Positions 17,069-31,282 of a stretch of DNA of 32,000 nucleotides are shown piece after piece. Position numbers and translations under genes: made by a program. The stretch is from Acinetobacter wanghuae (GTDB lineage Bacteria; Pseudomonadota; Gammaproteobacteria; Pseudomonadales; Moraxellaceae). Each line of letters begins with the position of its first letter. The stretch's first letter is position 1. Below the pieces are notes generated by a model. It had not been told where the DNA came from. It made no database searches and was given only the letters and a program-made list of their open reading frames with translations. Location of the stretch: contig NZ_CP045650.1 in assembly GCF_009557235.1 (NCBI RefSeq), positions 570,001 to 602,000 of the forward strand, given 5' to 3'.

Positions 17069-17192
17069 TTTAAGATCCTTCATTTATGTTAGAGCTTTAT
17101 CCTGTGGGATTTTGCGCATAGATGAAGCAGTATTTTTGTAATTTTATAGGATAAAACTGTGGAATGACGAAGGTGGTGAGCTGGAATTAATA

Positions 17193-18017
17193 TCAGAGTT
17201 GAATGAGTTTGCGATGTTGAATGAGTGGCATTGAGTCGCGTAAGTGCTGCTGTTCCTCTAAGTCAAAGGGAACCGTAATCAGTTGCGCACCCTCATCTTG
17301 AACTATATCTAGAACTTGACCTCGGCTATTCGTCGCGGCTGCATGCCCCCAAGTTTGGCGTTTTTCACCATGCCAACCTTGCTGTGCTGCACCTAAAACC
17401 TGACACTGGCTGTCCATAGCTCGTGCTTGTAACAATAACTGCCAATGCATTTGACCTGTGGTATAGGTGAAGGCAGCGGGTGCGGTGAGGATGTTCGCAC
17501 CTTGAGCGCGTAGCTTAAGTGCAAGTTCGGGAAAGCGTAGGTCATAACAGACCATCAAGCCGATCTGACCAAAAGGTGTCTTTGCAACAACCAAATCAGT
17601 ACCTGGTTCAAAGAACTTGGATTCTTGATAACCCCCAACAGCATCACCGACTTGCACATCGAACAAGTGGATTTTGTCATAACGTGCTTCGGTTCTTTCA
17701 GGGCTAATACATAAACTAACGGTACGCACACGTCCATCCTGAATGATTGAACCATCTGGACGAAATGGGCATGGGAGAGTGCCCGCAACAATCCAGATTT
17801 GGTATTTGTGCGCTAAACTTTCAAGACGATGTTGGACGTCTTCAAAACGAGCTGCCGTCTCACGTTGCTTACCTGCAGCAAAACAAATGAAATTTTCAGG
17901 TAAAACGATGAGTTCTGCCCCATTGGCTTTACTTTGCTGAATAAGCGATTCGACCACAATAAAATTGGTTTCAATTTTATTTTGTGAGTTCATTTGTGCA
18001 ACAGAAAGTAAAGTCAT
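17193..18017 (-). CDS. Carbon-nitrogen hydrolase family protein (nitrilase superfamily, Nit/YbeM-like)
   Basis: The Glu-Lys-Cys triad contexts are present: LIVLPENF, YDKIHLFD and GLMVCYDLRFPE. Confidence 0.85.
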   Translation of the reverse strand: MTLLSVAQMNSQNKIETNFIVVESLIQQSKANGAELIVLPENFICFAAGKQRETAARFEDVQHRLESLAHKYQIWIVAGTLPCPFRPDGSIIQDGRVRTVSLCISPERTEARYDKIHLFDVQVGDAVGGYQESKFFEPGTDLVVAKTPFGQIGLMVCYDLRFPELALKLRAQGANILTAPAAFTYTTGQMHWQLLLQARAMDSQCQVLGAAQQGWHGEKRQTWGHAAATNSRGQVLDIVQDEGAQLITVPFDLEEQQHLRDSMPLIQHRKLIQL

Positions 18018-18042
18018 AATGTTCTCGGACGAGAAAAGAGGG

Positions 18043-18561
18043 TTATACGTTTTGCTGAGACAGACTATCTAAATTTTCTTTCTCTTTTTGCAACTGTTTG
18101 ACCAAAGGTTCAAACATGTTTTGATTGCTTTGATTTAATTTCATCAAAGTTTTATGTGCATCAAGCACAGTGTGTAACATATTACGATGGGTAATGTGTT
18201 CGTCTACCAATGCACGAGTACATACATTTGGATCACCGCAATAATCTAAAATAACAAATACTTGTCCTAAACCCATGCTGTTTGCAAGTGTGGTGATATC
18301 AGAATTTGTAGAGAGCATCACGGCTTGAATTTGGTGTGCTTGTTTGAGCTTTAGCCCTAACTTTGCAAGAATACCGAGAACCGTACTGTCAATAAAACTG
18401 GTTTGAGTTAAATCAACAATTGCGCCGACAACGCCATCTTGGTGTTCAATTTTGTTCAAAAGTTTGTCTAGACTAATACAAGATTGGGCTCGCACTTCGC
18501 CAATAAGCTTAAAAATATGCGTTCCATTCAAGCTTGCATATTCAACATGACCTGTTGACAT
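18043..18561 (-). CDS. STAS-domain protein (anti-sigma-factor-antagonist-like) with a C-terminal extension
   Basis: GAIVDLTQTSFIDSTVLGILAKLG is the SpoIIAA/RsbV-type STAS core, including the Ser at the phosphorylation position. About 55 extra C-terminal residues are rich in K/E/Q/L. Confidence 0.8.
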   Translation of the reverse strand: MSTGHVEYASLNGTHIFKLIGEVRAQSCISLDKLLNKIEHQDGVVGAIVDLTQTSFIDSTVLGILAKLGLKLKQAHQIQAVMLSTNSDITTLANSMGLGQVFVILDYCGDPNVCTRALVDEHITHRNMLHTVLDAHKTLMKLNQSNQNMFEPLVKQLQKEKENLDSLSQQNV

Positions 18562-18591
18562 ATAAATGCCATTTGCAAAGAAGGATATTAA

Positions 18592-18620
18592 ATTATCCCA
18601 TAGGGCAGATGTATACTCAA
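18592..18620 (-). promoter_or_regulatory. Possible internal sigma70 promoter for the STAS/C-N hydrolase genes
   Basis: Minus strand reads TTGAGT (18615-18620), a 17-nt spacer, then GATAAT (18592-18597). It lies in the 112-nt gap between the phosphatase and STAS genes. Confidence 0.35.
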
Positions 18621-18673
18621 GTGGCTGTCCACTTAAGTCAATTTAAGTTGTTATTAAGCTTATGATTATACTA

Positions 18674-19642
18674 TCAATTCATTCTTCTTAGACTGAGAAT
18701 TGCAATATCATCTGCGACGTGTTCTGGTGCTTCAAATGATTGATTTTGTAAGTGATTTACCAATTGTGCAAATTGTTCACTTAAGCCACCTTCATAAGGT
18801 TCGAGCGCACCATCGGAACAAACAATGAATCTGGCTTGTTTGGTCAAAACACACTCGTGTTCTTCCACTTCGAGTTCCTCGGTAAGACCTAAAGGGAAGC
18901 TGCTAGTCGACAAAATTTTAGGTGCTTGATTGGGTTCAAAGATGATCGGAGGCGGGTAATGACCTGCGCTTGACCATTTTAAAATATGCGAATCCAGATT
19001 TAATACCCCAGCAATCATGGTGATGTGCTTTTCAATATTTTCCTGCATCAACATGCCGTTGAGCTTTTTAATCAGTTCGCGAGGTGTCTTGGAGCGACCA
19101 TGGAATGCTGCCATCCATGAGGTCAATAATGAACTGGTAACCCCGTGTCCTGAGACATCAGCCAAATAGAACATGATTTCTTTATCGCTGATTTTCCAAT
19201 AATCGTACCAATCACCTGATAAATAAGCAGAGGGTTGGAAAAAAGTCTCAACTTTATAGTTAATCAGATCAATTGGATTAGGAAGTAGACGTTGTTGTAA
19301 TTCGGCAGCGGAAGGTAAATCGCGACTGTCTTGATTGCGTTTATATTGTGCATCAATTCTTTTTAATGCTTTTAGTGGTTCAGCAGGTAAATCATTCCAA
19401 ATCCAACCCGCAAGCGCCCCTTGCTCCCAAGCTCGTGCCAATTCTGTGCCTTCATTTTTTAATGCAAGAACAATCGTGGGTAAATTCCACTGGTATTTTA
19501 GAAAATCTTGGACATCTGCGATGGCGATAATCGTTGGATCATACAACTCACGATCATCAAGATAAATCATTTGCACTTGGGGTAGGGCATCAATGACTTG
19601 CTCTAAACAAGGAATATCACGAGTTGGGCGAATAAAATACAT
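18674..19642 (-). CDS. Receiver-like domain fused to a PP2C (SpoIIE/RsbU-type) serine phosphatase
   Basis: The C-terminal ~200 aa carry GDWYDYW, FYLADVSGHGVTSSLL, SSAGHYPP, VCSDGALE and ADDIAILSL. The N-terminal ~100 aa have an alternating beta-alpha pattern with a candidate Asp in IIAIAD. Confidence 0.85.
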   Translation of the reverse strand: MYFIRPTRDIPCLEQVIDALPQVQMIYLDDRELYDPTIIAIADVQDFLKYQWNLPTIVLALKNEGTELARAWEQGALAGWIWNDLPAEPLKALKRIDAQYKRNQDSRDLPSAAELQQRLLPNPIDLINYKVETFFQPSAYLSGDWYDYWKISDKEIMFYLADVSGHGVTSSLLTSWMAAFHGRSKTPRELIKKLNGMLMQENIEKHITMIAGVLNLDSHILKWSSAGHYPPPIIFEPNQAPKILSTSSFPLGLTEELEVEEHECVLTKQARFIVCSDGALEPYEGGLSEQFAQLVNHLQNQSFEAPEHVADDIAILSLRRMN

Positions 19643-19746
19643 ACAGGAATGATTCGATCCTAGAGTTGTTTATAAGATGTACTATATCAAGCAAATCATT
19701 GCTAGCGAAGATATTTCACTAGCAATGATGTGTTCAATTATAGCAT

Positions 19747-20610
19747 TCACTCAGATGGGTTAGATTCTTGTTCGGTCAGGTCTTCAGAATCGAAGTCATC
19801 GTCCATAAATAAGTTTTCTTGTTCGAGACCTTTCTTTTCAGCAATTGAATAGCTTTTACGTTGTAAGTAGAAATCACGTAGTTGCGCATATTTATCGCCT
19901 TGTAAGACTTGCTCGACATCAAGTACTTGTGAACGGGCATCAACACCTCGTAAAAGTTGCTCACTATAATAAAGACGATCATCACCATCTAATAGGTACT
20001 TTTGAGGACGTGCTTGACTATCGGCAATACGTCCTATGCTGTCACGAAACGTACTTGGTCCTAAAATCGGTAGCATGACATACGGACCCGATGGAATACC
20101 GTAATAACCGAGGGTCGTACCAAAATCCTCATCTTCAGTGCTTAATCCAAGTCGAGTTGCTGGATCTGCAAAGCCCAAGCTAGTCACGGTATTAATCGTA
20201 AAGCGTCCAAAGGTTTGTGCAGCACGTGAAAAGCGACCTTGCGCTAACTGATTGACTGCATTCCAAGGTTCACCTAAGTTTTTACGGAACAAACGGGTGG
20301 AGGCACGAACATCGGATGGAATCTTTTTGGTGTATTGCACTGCTAAAGGTCGAGCAATATTTCGGTCAAGGACATCATTAAAGGCATAAACCTGACGATT
20401 CAAAGGTTGAAACGGATCTTTGACTTCCTCTTCCTGAGCCGCATTTGCATCCACATTGATTTGAGTTTTCAAGTGTTGGTAGTTTTCAGAAATTTTTTGC
20501 TTTATTTTTGTAGATGAATGGACATCACGATCGACGTTGTCATTGGCAAATGTGGTAGATGCAGACAGAATCGAAAATAAACTTATATATAGGTATGACG
20601 TAGGACGCAT
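19747..20610 (-). CDS. mlaA: VacJ/MlaA-family outer-membrane lipid-asymmetry protein homologue (no lipobox Cys)
   Basis: DPFQPLNRQVYAFNDVLDRNIARPLAVQY and NLGEPWNAVNQLAQG align by eye with E. coli MlaA (DPLEGFNRTMYNFNFNVLDPYIVRPVAVAW, NLEEPAVMVNYFLQG). There is an N-terminal hydrophobic signal-like segment. Confidence 0.85.
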   Translation of the reverse strand: MRPTSYLYISLFSILSASTTFANDNVDRDVHSSTKIKQKISENYQHLKTQINVDANAAQEEEVKDPFQPLNRQVYAFNDVLDRNIARPLAVQYTKKIPSDVRASTRLFRKNLGEPWNAVNQLAQGRFSRAAQTFGRFTINTVTSLGFADPATRLGLSTEDEDFGTTLGYYGIPSGPYVMLPILGPSTFRDSIGRIADSQARPQKYLLDGDDRLYYSEQLLRGVDARSQVLDVEQVLQGDKYAQLRDFYLQRKSYSIAEKKGLEQENLFMDDDFDSEDLTEQESNPSE

Positions 20611-20779
20611 AATAAACCCTGATGCCTGTTATGAGACAAGATAGCGATGCATTGTATAAAAATTATAAACATAATCCGATTAAATTAACGGTTTAAAGTA
20701 AAAATTGTGTGTTTTTTAAGTAAATACACGCAAAATGTACAAAAAAAGAGCATGCAAAACGATTTACTTTAAAAAGGTA

Positions 20780-20807
20780 TTGCAAGGGATCTGAAATCCT
20801 GTAGAAT
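20780..20807 (+). promoter_or_regulatory. rrn distal promoter (P1-like)
   Basis: TTGCAA (20780-20785), a 16-nt spacer, then TAGAAT (20802-20807), with an A/T-rich upstream flank. Confidence 0.5.
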
Positions 20808-20919
20808 GCACATCCATCGGCAGTGATGAAGATTAAAACTTCTGATAAAACAATGACTTAGTACAAGATGTTAAGAATTGATTTTAGAAAGAAAGTTTAA
20901 AAATAATTTGAATTACTGA

Positions 20920-20947
20920 TTGACACTAGATAAATCTAGTGTAATAT
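20920..20947 (+). promoter_or_regulatory. rrn proximal promoter (P2-like)
   Basis: TTGACA (20920-20925), a 16-nt spacer, then TAATAT (20942-20947). It has an A/T-rich UP-like region (20891-20919) and a GC-rich discriminator (AGCCGACC). Confidence 0.65.
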
Positions 20948-20958
20948 AGCCGACCTAG

Positions 20959-20998
20959 CTTGCTGGTGACGAACCAACAAGAAGATCATTAAGAGATT
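20959..20998 (+). promoter_or_regulatory. rrn leader boxB-like hairpin plus boxA-like antitermination element
   Basis: Hairpin CTTGCTGG/CCAACAAG (20959-20981) is followed by ATCATTAAGAGATT (20985-20998). A near-identical ATCATTAACAGAAT recurs in the 16S-23S spacer. Confidence 0.45.
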
Positions 20999-21149
20999 AT
21001 GAAGAACAACTTGTGTGGATTTTTACTGATTGATTGATCGAAATTATTTTCATTGATTGATGGTAGAAATTACTCGAAGTTTATTTGAGAAATATTTGTC
21101 AGAAAATTGATGAGCCAAGATTGGTAGCCTTTAAGCTACTACTGATTTT

Positions 21150-22687
<1,538 letters not shown>

Positions 22688-22747
22688 ACGAAAGATTGAC
22701 GATTGGTAAGAATCCACAACAAGTTGTTCTTCATACGATGTACCTGA

Positions 22748-22824
<77 letters not shown>

Positions 22825-22892
22825 CTACTGACGAAGCAAGCAATTGCAGAGTAAGACAGAGAATCAGAATACATTGATCTAAATGATAAGCT

Positions 22893-22968
22893 GGGGACTT
22901 AGCTTAGTTGGTAGAGCGCCTGCTTTGCACGCAGGAGGTCAACGGTTCGACTCCGTTAGTCTCCACCA
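22893..22968 (+). tRNA. tRNA-Ala (TGC)
   Basis: Acceptor stem GGGGACT/AGTCTCC with the G3:U70 alanine identity pair, anticodon loop TTTGCAC and an encoded CCA. Confidence 0.97.
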
Positions 22969-23143
22969 TCACTTCTAACGAAGTGAATGAGTTAAGAATA
23001 ACCACTTGGTTAAATAAGTGTTTAGTCCTTAAGCTATCAAGTGTTTAGATCCTAGAGATTAACAAGTATAAGCGTTATGATACGCGCACTTGGTAATCTC
23101 TGTGATTTATCACAGTTGCTACGATCCGATGAGGACGTAGACA

Positions 23144-23157
23144 ATCATTAACAGAAT
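23144..23157 (+). promoter_or_regulatory. Spacer boxA-like element upstream of 23S
   Basis: ATCATTAACAGAAT matches the leader copy at 20985-20998 at 12 of 14 positions. Confidence 0.4.
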
Positions 23158-23345
23158 ATATTTGAGTTGAAATAAATTGTTTAAGGCTCATTTCAAGTAA
23201 GCAATTACGAGGAATGAGAAACTAGCGATTAACTGAATCAAGCGTTTTGGTATATGATTTTGATTGAAGCTGTACAGTGATTAAATTCACAGTACTTCGA
23301 ACTGTATGTTGAAGGTGCTCCTTGTAGGTACCGTCGACTGTTTGG

Positions 23346-26253
<2,908 letters not shown>

Positions 26254-26427
26254 ACCCAAACAGTTGGTGTTGTAGTCGAAATCACTACAAAACAACTTGA
26301 TTTAGTTTGAAAGCTAAGTAAAATTAAGCAACACATCGATACTCAAATATCTCTGTTAATAACTCTTTTGACCAAAGCTAGGCATGCGAAAGCAACTAAG
26401 ACCATAGCGAGTAATCATAAACAGTTG

Positions 26428-26543
26428 TGCTGGCGACAATAGCAAGAGTGAACCACCTGATCCCTTCCCGAACTCAGAAGTGAAACCTCTTAGCGCTGAT
26501 GGTAGTGTGGGATTACCCATGTGAGAGTAAGTCATCGCCAGCT
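26428..26543 (+). rRNA. rrf: 5S ribosomal RNA
   Basis: TGCTGGCGAC...CCACCTGATCCCTTCCCGAACTCAGAAGTGAAAC...GATGGTAGTGTGGG...TCGCCAGC, colinear with E. coli 5S. Confidence 0.95.
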
Positions 26544-26553
26544 CATTAATTCA

Positions 26554-26588
26554 AAAACCCCCTCAATCAAATGATTGAGGGGGTTTTT
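26554..26588 (+). terminator. rrn operon rho-independent terminator
   Basis: AAAAACCCCCTCAATCA-AA-TGATTGAGGGGGTTTTT: a perfect 12-bp stem followed by a T tract. Confidence 0.85.
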
Positions 26589-26772
26589 CTATGCCCGGAA
26601 GAAAGTTTTTATATTTATTGATTAAAAATATAAACTTATCACATAAAATTGGTCGGTTGCGTCTAAAAAACTCAGCATGAATATGTATGTTTTTTGACAA
26701 ATGTATGCTATAAAAATTAAAACGGCACAATAATTGCTTATAAAGCAAACTTTTAAATCTATAGGGGTGAAA

Positions 26773-28224
26773 ATGAAGTTATCAGTGGGCTTAAAAATTG
26801 CAAACTCGCTGTCCTTAACTCCTCAGTTACAGCAGGCGATTCGCTTGTTACAACTTTCGAGTTTGGAGCTTGAGCAAGAAATTCAAGTCCAACTTGATAG
26901 CAACCCTTTACTTGAGAAAATTGAAGATCAAGATACTTCTGAAGAATTGTCCATTTTAGAGATTGAATCTCCAGATAAAGATTTGACCACTGAATTAAAT
27001 GCCGATCATTTGCCGGATGATTTACCCGTTGATACGGATTGGGATGATGTCTATACCCATCAACCGACCAGTTTAGGCTCAGCTGAATTTGAAGAGCGTG
27101 AAGATAATCGCCAAGGGCATCAAAGTTTACAAGCCCATTTGTTAGAACAAGTCAATCTATTGAATTTTTCTAAGATTGATCAATTGATTGCACACTGTAT
27201 TATTGATTCTATTGATGACAAAGGCTTTTTAGAAGTTGATTTGACTGAAATTACTGCATCAGTGCAGCATCTTTTACAATCTATTTCGTATGAAGATGAA
27301 GTCGAACATGATGAAGTTTTAGTGGTCTTAAAGCATATTCAACGCCTCGATCCAATTGGTGTTGGTTCACGTAATTTAGCTGAATGTTTGTTGGTCCAAT
27401 TAGAAATTTTATCTGAAGATGTGCCTTGCCGAAATGATGCAATTAAACTCATGCAGCATTATGAATTACTGATTAGTAATGAACTTCCAAAACTCATTAA
27501 GCAAACAGGCCTAAATCAAGATCAACTACGTAAAGCTGTTGATTTGTTGAAGACATTGAAACCGCATCCGGGACTTGATTTTGAAGATAAAGAATCGAAT
27601 TATCAAATTCCTGATGTTGTCGTGATGAAGAAAAATGACTGTTGGCAAGTCATGTTAAACCCTGATGTTATGCCGAAACTTCGTATTAATTCTTTCTATG
27701 CCAATATGATTAAACGTGCTGATCAAAGTGAAGATAATCAGTATCTTAGAAATAATATGTTGGAAGCTAAAAACTTTATTAAAAGTATTGATGAGCGGCA
27801 TAAAACCTTACTGAAGGTGGCAACCTGTATCGTCGAACATCAACGTATGTTTTTAGAAATTGGTGCAGAAGGTATGAAGCCTTTGGTGTTGCGTGATATT
27901 GCAGAAGAAGTGGAATTGCATGAATCGACTGTTTCGCGCGTGACCACCAATAAATATATGCTCACACCACGTGGATTATTTGAATTGAAATATTTCTTTT
28001 CGAGTCATGTGGGGACAACGTCTGGTGGAGAAGCATCTTCGACTGCCATTCGTGCCAAAATTAAAAAGTTAATTGCTGAAGAAAATACACGTAAACCATT
28101 GTCCGATAATGCGATTGCAGTTCTACTGAAAGCGGATGGCATTGATGTCGCAAGACGCACTGTGGCGAAATATCGAGAATCGTTACATATTGCTTCATCT
28201 TCAGAGCGAAAAGTCTTGATCTAG
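26773..28224 (+). CDS. rpoN: RNA polymerase sigma-54 factor
   Basis: MKLSVGLKIANSLSLTPQLQQAIRLLQLSSLELEQEI (region I), an acidic region II, HTH LRDIAEEVELHESTVSRV and RpoN box ARRTVAKYRE. GGGGTG lies 5 nt upstream of the ATG at 26773. The track start at 26734 is a TTG extension. Confidence 0.96.
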   Translation: MKLSVGLKIANSLSLTPQLQQAIRLLQLSSLELEQEIQVQLDSNPLLEKIEDQDTSEELSILEIESPDKDLTTELNADHLPDDLPVDTDWDDVYTHQPTSLGSAEFEEREDNRQGHQSLQAHLLEQVNLLNFSKIDQLIAHCIIDSIDDKGFLEVDLTEITASVQHLLQSISYEDEVEHDEVLVVLKHIQRLDPIGVGSRNLAECLLVQLEILSEDVPCRNDAIKLMQHYELLISNELPKLIKQTGLNQDQLRKAVDLLKTLKPHPGLDFEDKESNYQIPDVVVMKKNDCWQVMLNPDVMPKLRINSFYANMIKRADQSEDNQYLRNNMLEAKNFIKSIDERHKTLLKVATCIVEHQRMFLEIGAEGMKPLVLRDIAEEVELHESTVSRVTTNKYMLTPRGLFELKYFFSSHVGTTSGGEASSTAIRAKIKKLIAEENTRKPLSDNAIAVLLKADGIDVARRTVAKYRESLHIASSSERKVLI

Positions 28225-28247
28225 ATTTTGAAATCTGATTATTCTAA

Positions 28248-28281
28248 GGGTTCATTATGACATCATGATGAATCCTTTTTT
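28248..28281 (+). terminator. Terminator-like hairpin between rpoN and hpf
   Basis: GGGTTCAT(28248-28255)/ATGAATCC(28268-28275) with one G-U pair, followed by TTTTTT. Confidence 0.6.
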
Positions 28282-28402
28282 GTTTTGAGAAATAGTCTAA
28301 TGATTTAATTTAATCGCTAAAAATTGCAATTGCATTGGTGATTTTCATTAAATTTCATCGACTATGGCTCCTCCAATCCTAACGAAGGTGAGGGATCGTA
28401 CT

Positions 28403-28735
28403 ATGCAACTAACAATTCGTGGACATCATTTATCGATTACGCCTGCTATAGAAACCAATATTAAAGAAAAATTTAAGCACATTACCAAACACCTTGATCA
28501 GGTGAACAGTATGCAGGTTAAGCTTTCAAAAGATCATCAGATTGACAAGCGCTCTAGACCGGGAAGTAGCAATCATATTGCTGAAGCGATTATTCGTTTG
28601 CCCGGTATCGAGTTTTTTGCACATGCAACAGCAGATGACATGTATACTTCAATTAAATTATTGACGGAAAAATTACGCAAGCAACTTGATCGGTATCGAA
28701 AAATGCAATTAAACCATCAAGAATTGGCCATTTAA
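28403..28735 (+). CDS. hpf: Ribosome hibernation promoting factor (short HPF, sigma-54 modulation protein family)
   Basis: MQLTIRGHHLSITPAIETNIKEKF and DMYTSIKLLTEKLRKQLDRYRK align with E. coli Hpf (MQLNITGNNVEITEALREFV, DMYAAIDGLIDKLARQL). AAGGTGAGGG lies upstream of the ATG at 28403. Confidence 0.9.
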   Translation: MQLTIRGHHLSITPAIETNIKEKFKHITKHLDQVNSMQVKLSKDHQIDKRSRPGSSNHIAEAIIRLPGIEFFAHATADDMYTSIKLLTEKLRKQLDRYRKMQLNHQELAI

Positions 28736-28745
28736 CGCCACGCTG

Positions 28746-28777
28746 AAAAAAAGAGGTTTTTAAAAGCCTCTTTTTTT
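28746..28777 (+). terminator. Rho-independent terminator after hpf
   Basis: AAAAAAGAGGTTTTTAAAAGCCTCTTTTTTT: stem AGAGG/CCTCT plus A-T pairs, then a T tract. Confidence 0.7.
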
Positions 28778-28868
28778 ACATATATAATGTATGCGATTAA
28801 TGATTTATTTTTTTCATTTATAGTAAAATGCTTTGTTTTACACCCTTAGTCCTATAAGAGGTCTTGTG

Positions 28869-31085
<2,217 letters not shown>

Positions 31086-31105
31086 ATTTTTGCGATTTTA
31101 AAAAG

Positions 31106-31128
31106 ACCGTCCATAAGGGCGGTTTTTT
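31106..31128 (+). terminator. Terminator-like hairpin after hisG
   Basis: ACCGTCC-ATAA-GGGCGGT (one G-U pair) followed by TTTTTT. Confidence 0.55.
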
Positions 31129-31282
31129 ATGTCAGCCTAAAATTCCATGAATAGCGGTTCAATCAATTTTAGCGAATGTCATTTCCAATAAAACTCATAC
31201 GGATAGTCGCATCAAGCTGCCGACAAATGTCGATAAAACAGGTAAACTAAAGCTTCCCTTTATTTCCATTGTGGATAAATTG

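Noticed and set aside
28771-28815. dif/Xer-like sequence on the minus strand (TTAATCGCATACATTATATATGTAAAAA).
   Set aside because: The XerD-arm similarity (8 of 11 to E. coli dif) is not matched by the XerC arm unless the central spacer is 5 nt instead of 6. The location, between hpf and ibaG beside an rrn operon, does not suit a terminus site.
31147-31191. 14-codon ORF ([14 protein letters not shown]) between hisG and hisD, considered as a possible his attenuator leader peptide.
   Set aside because: It has only one His codon, no alternative-hairpin architecture around it, and it lies after rather than before the terminator-like hairpin.
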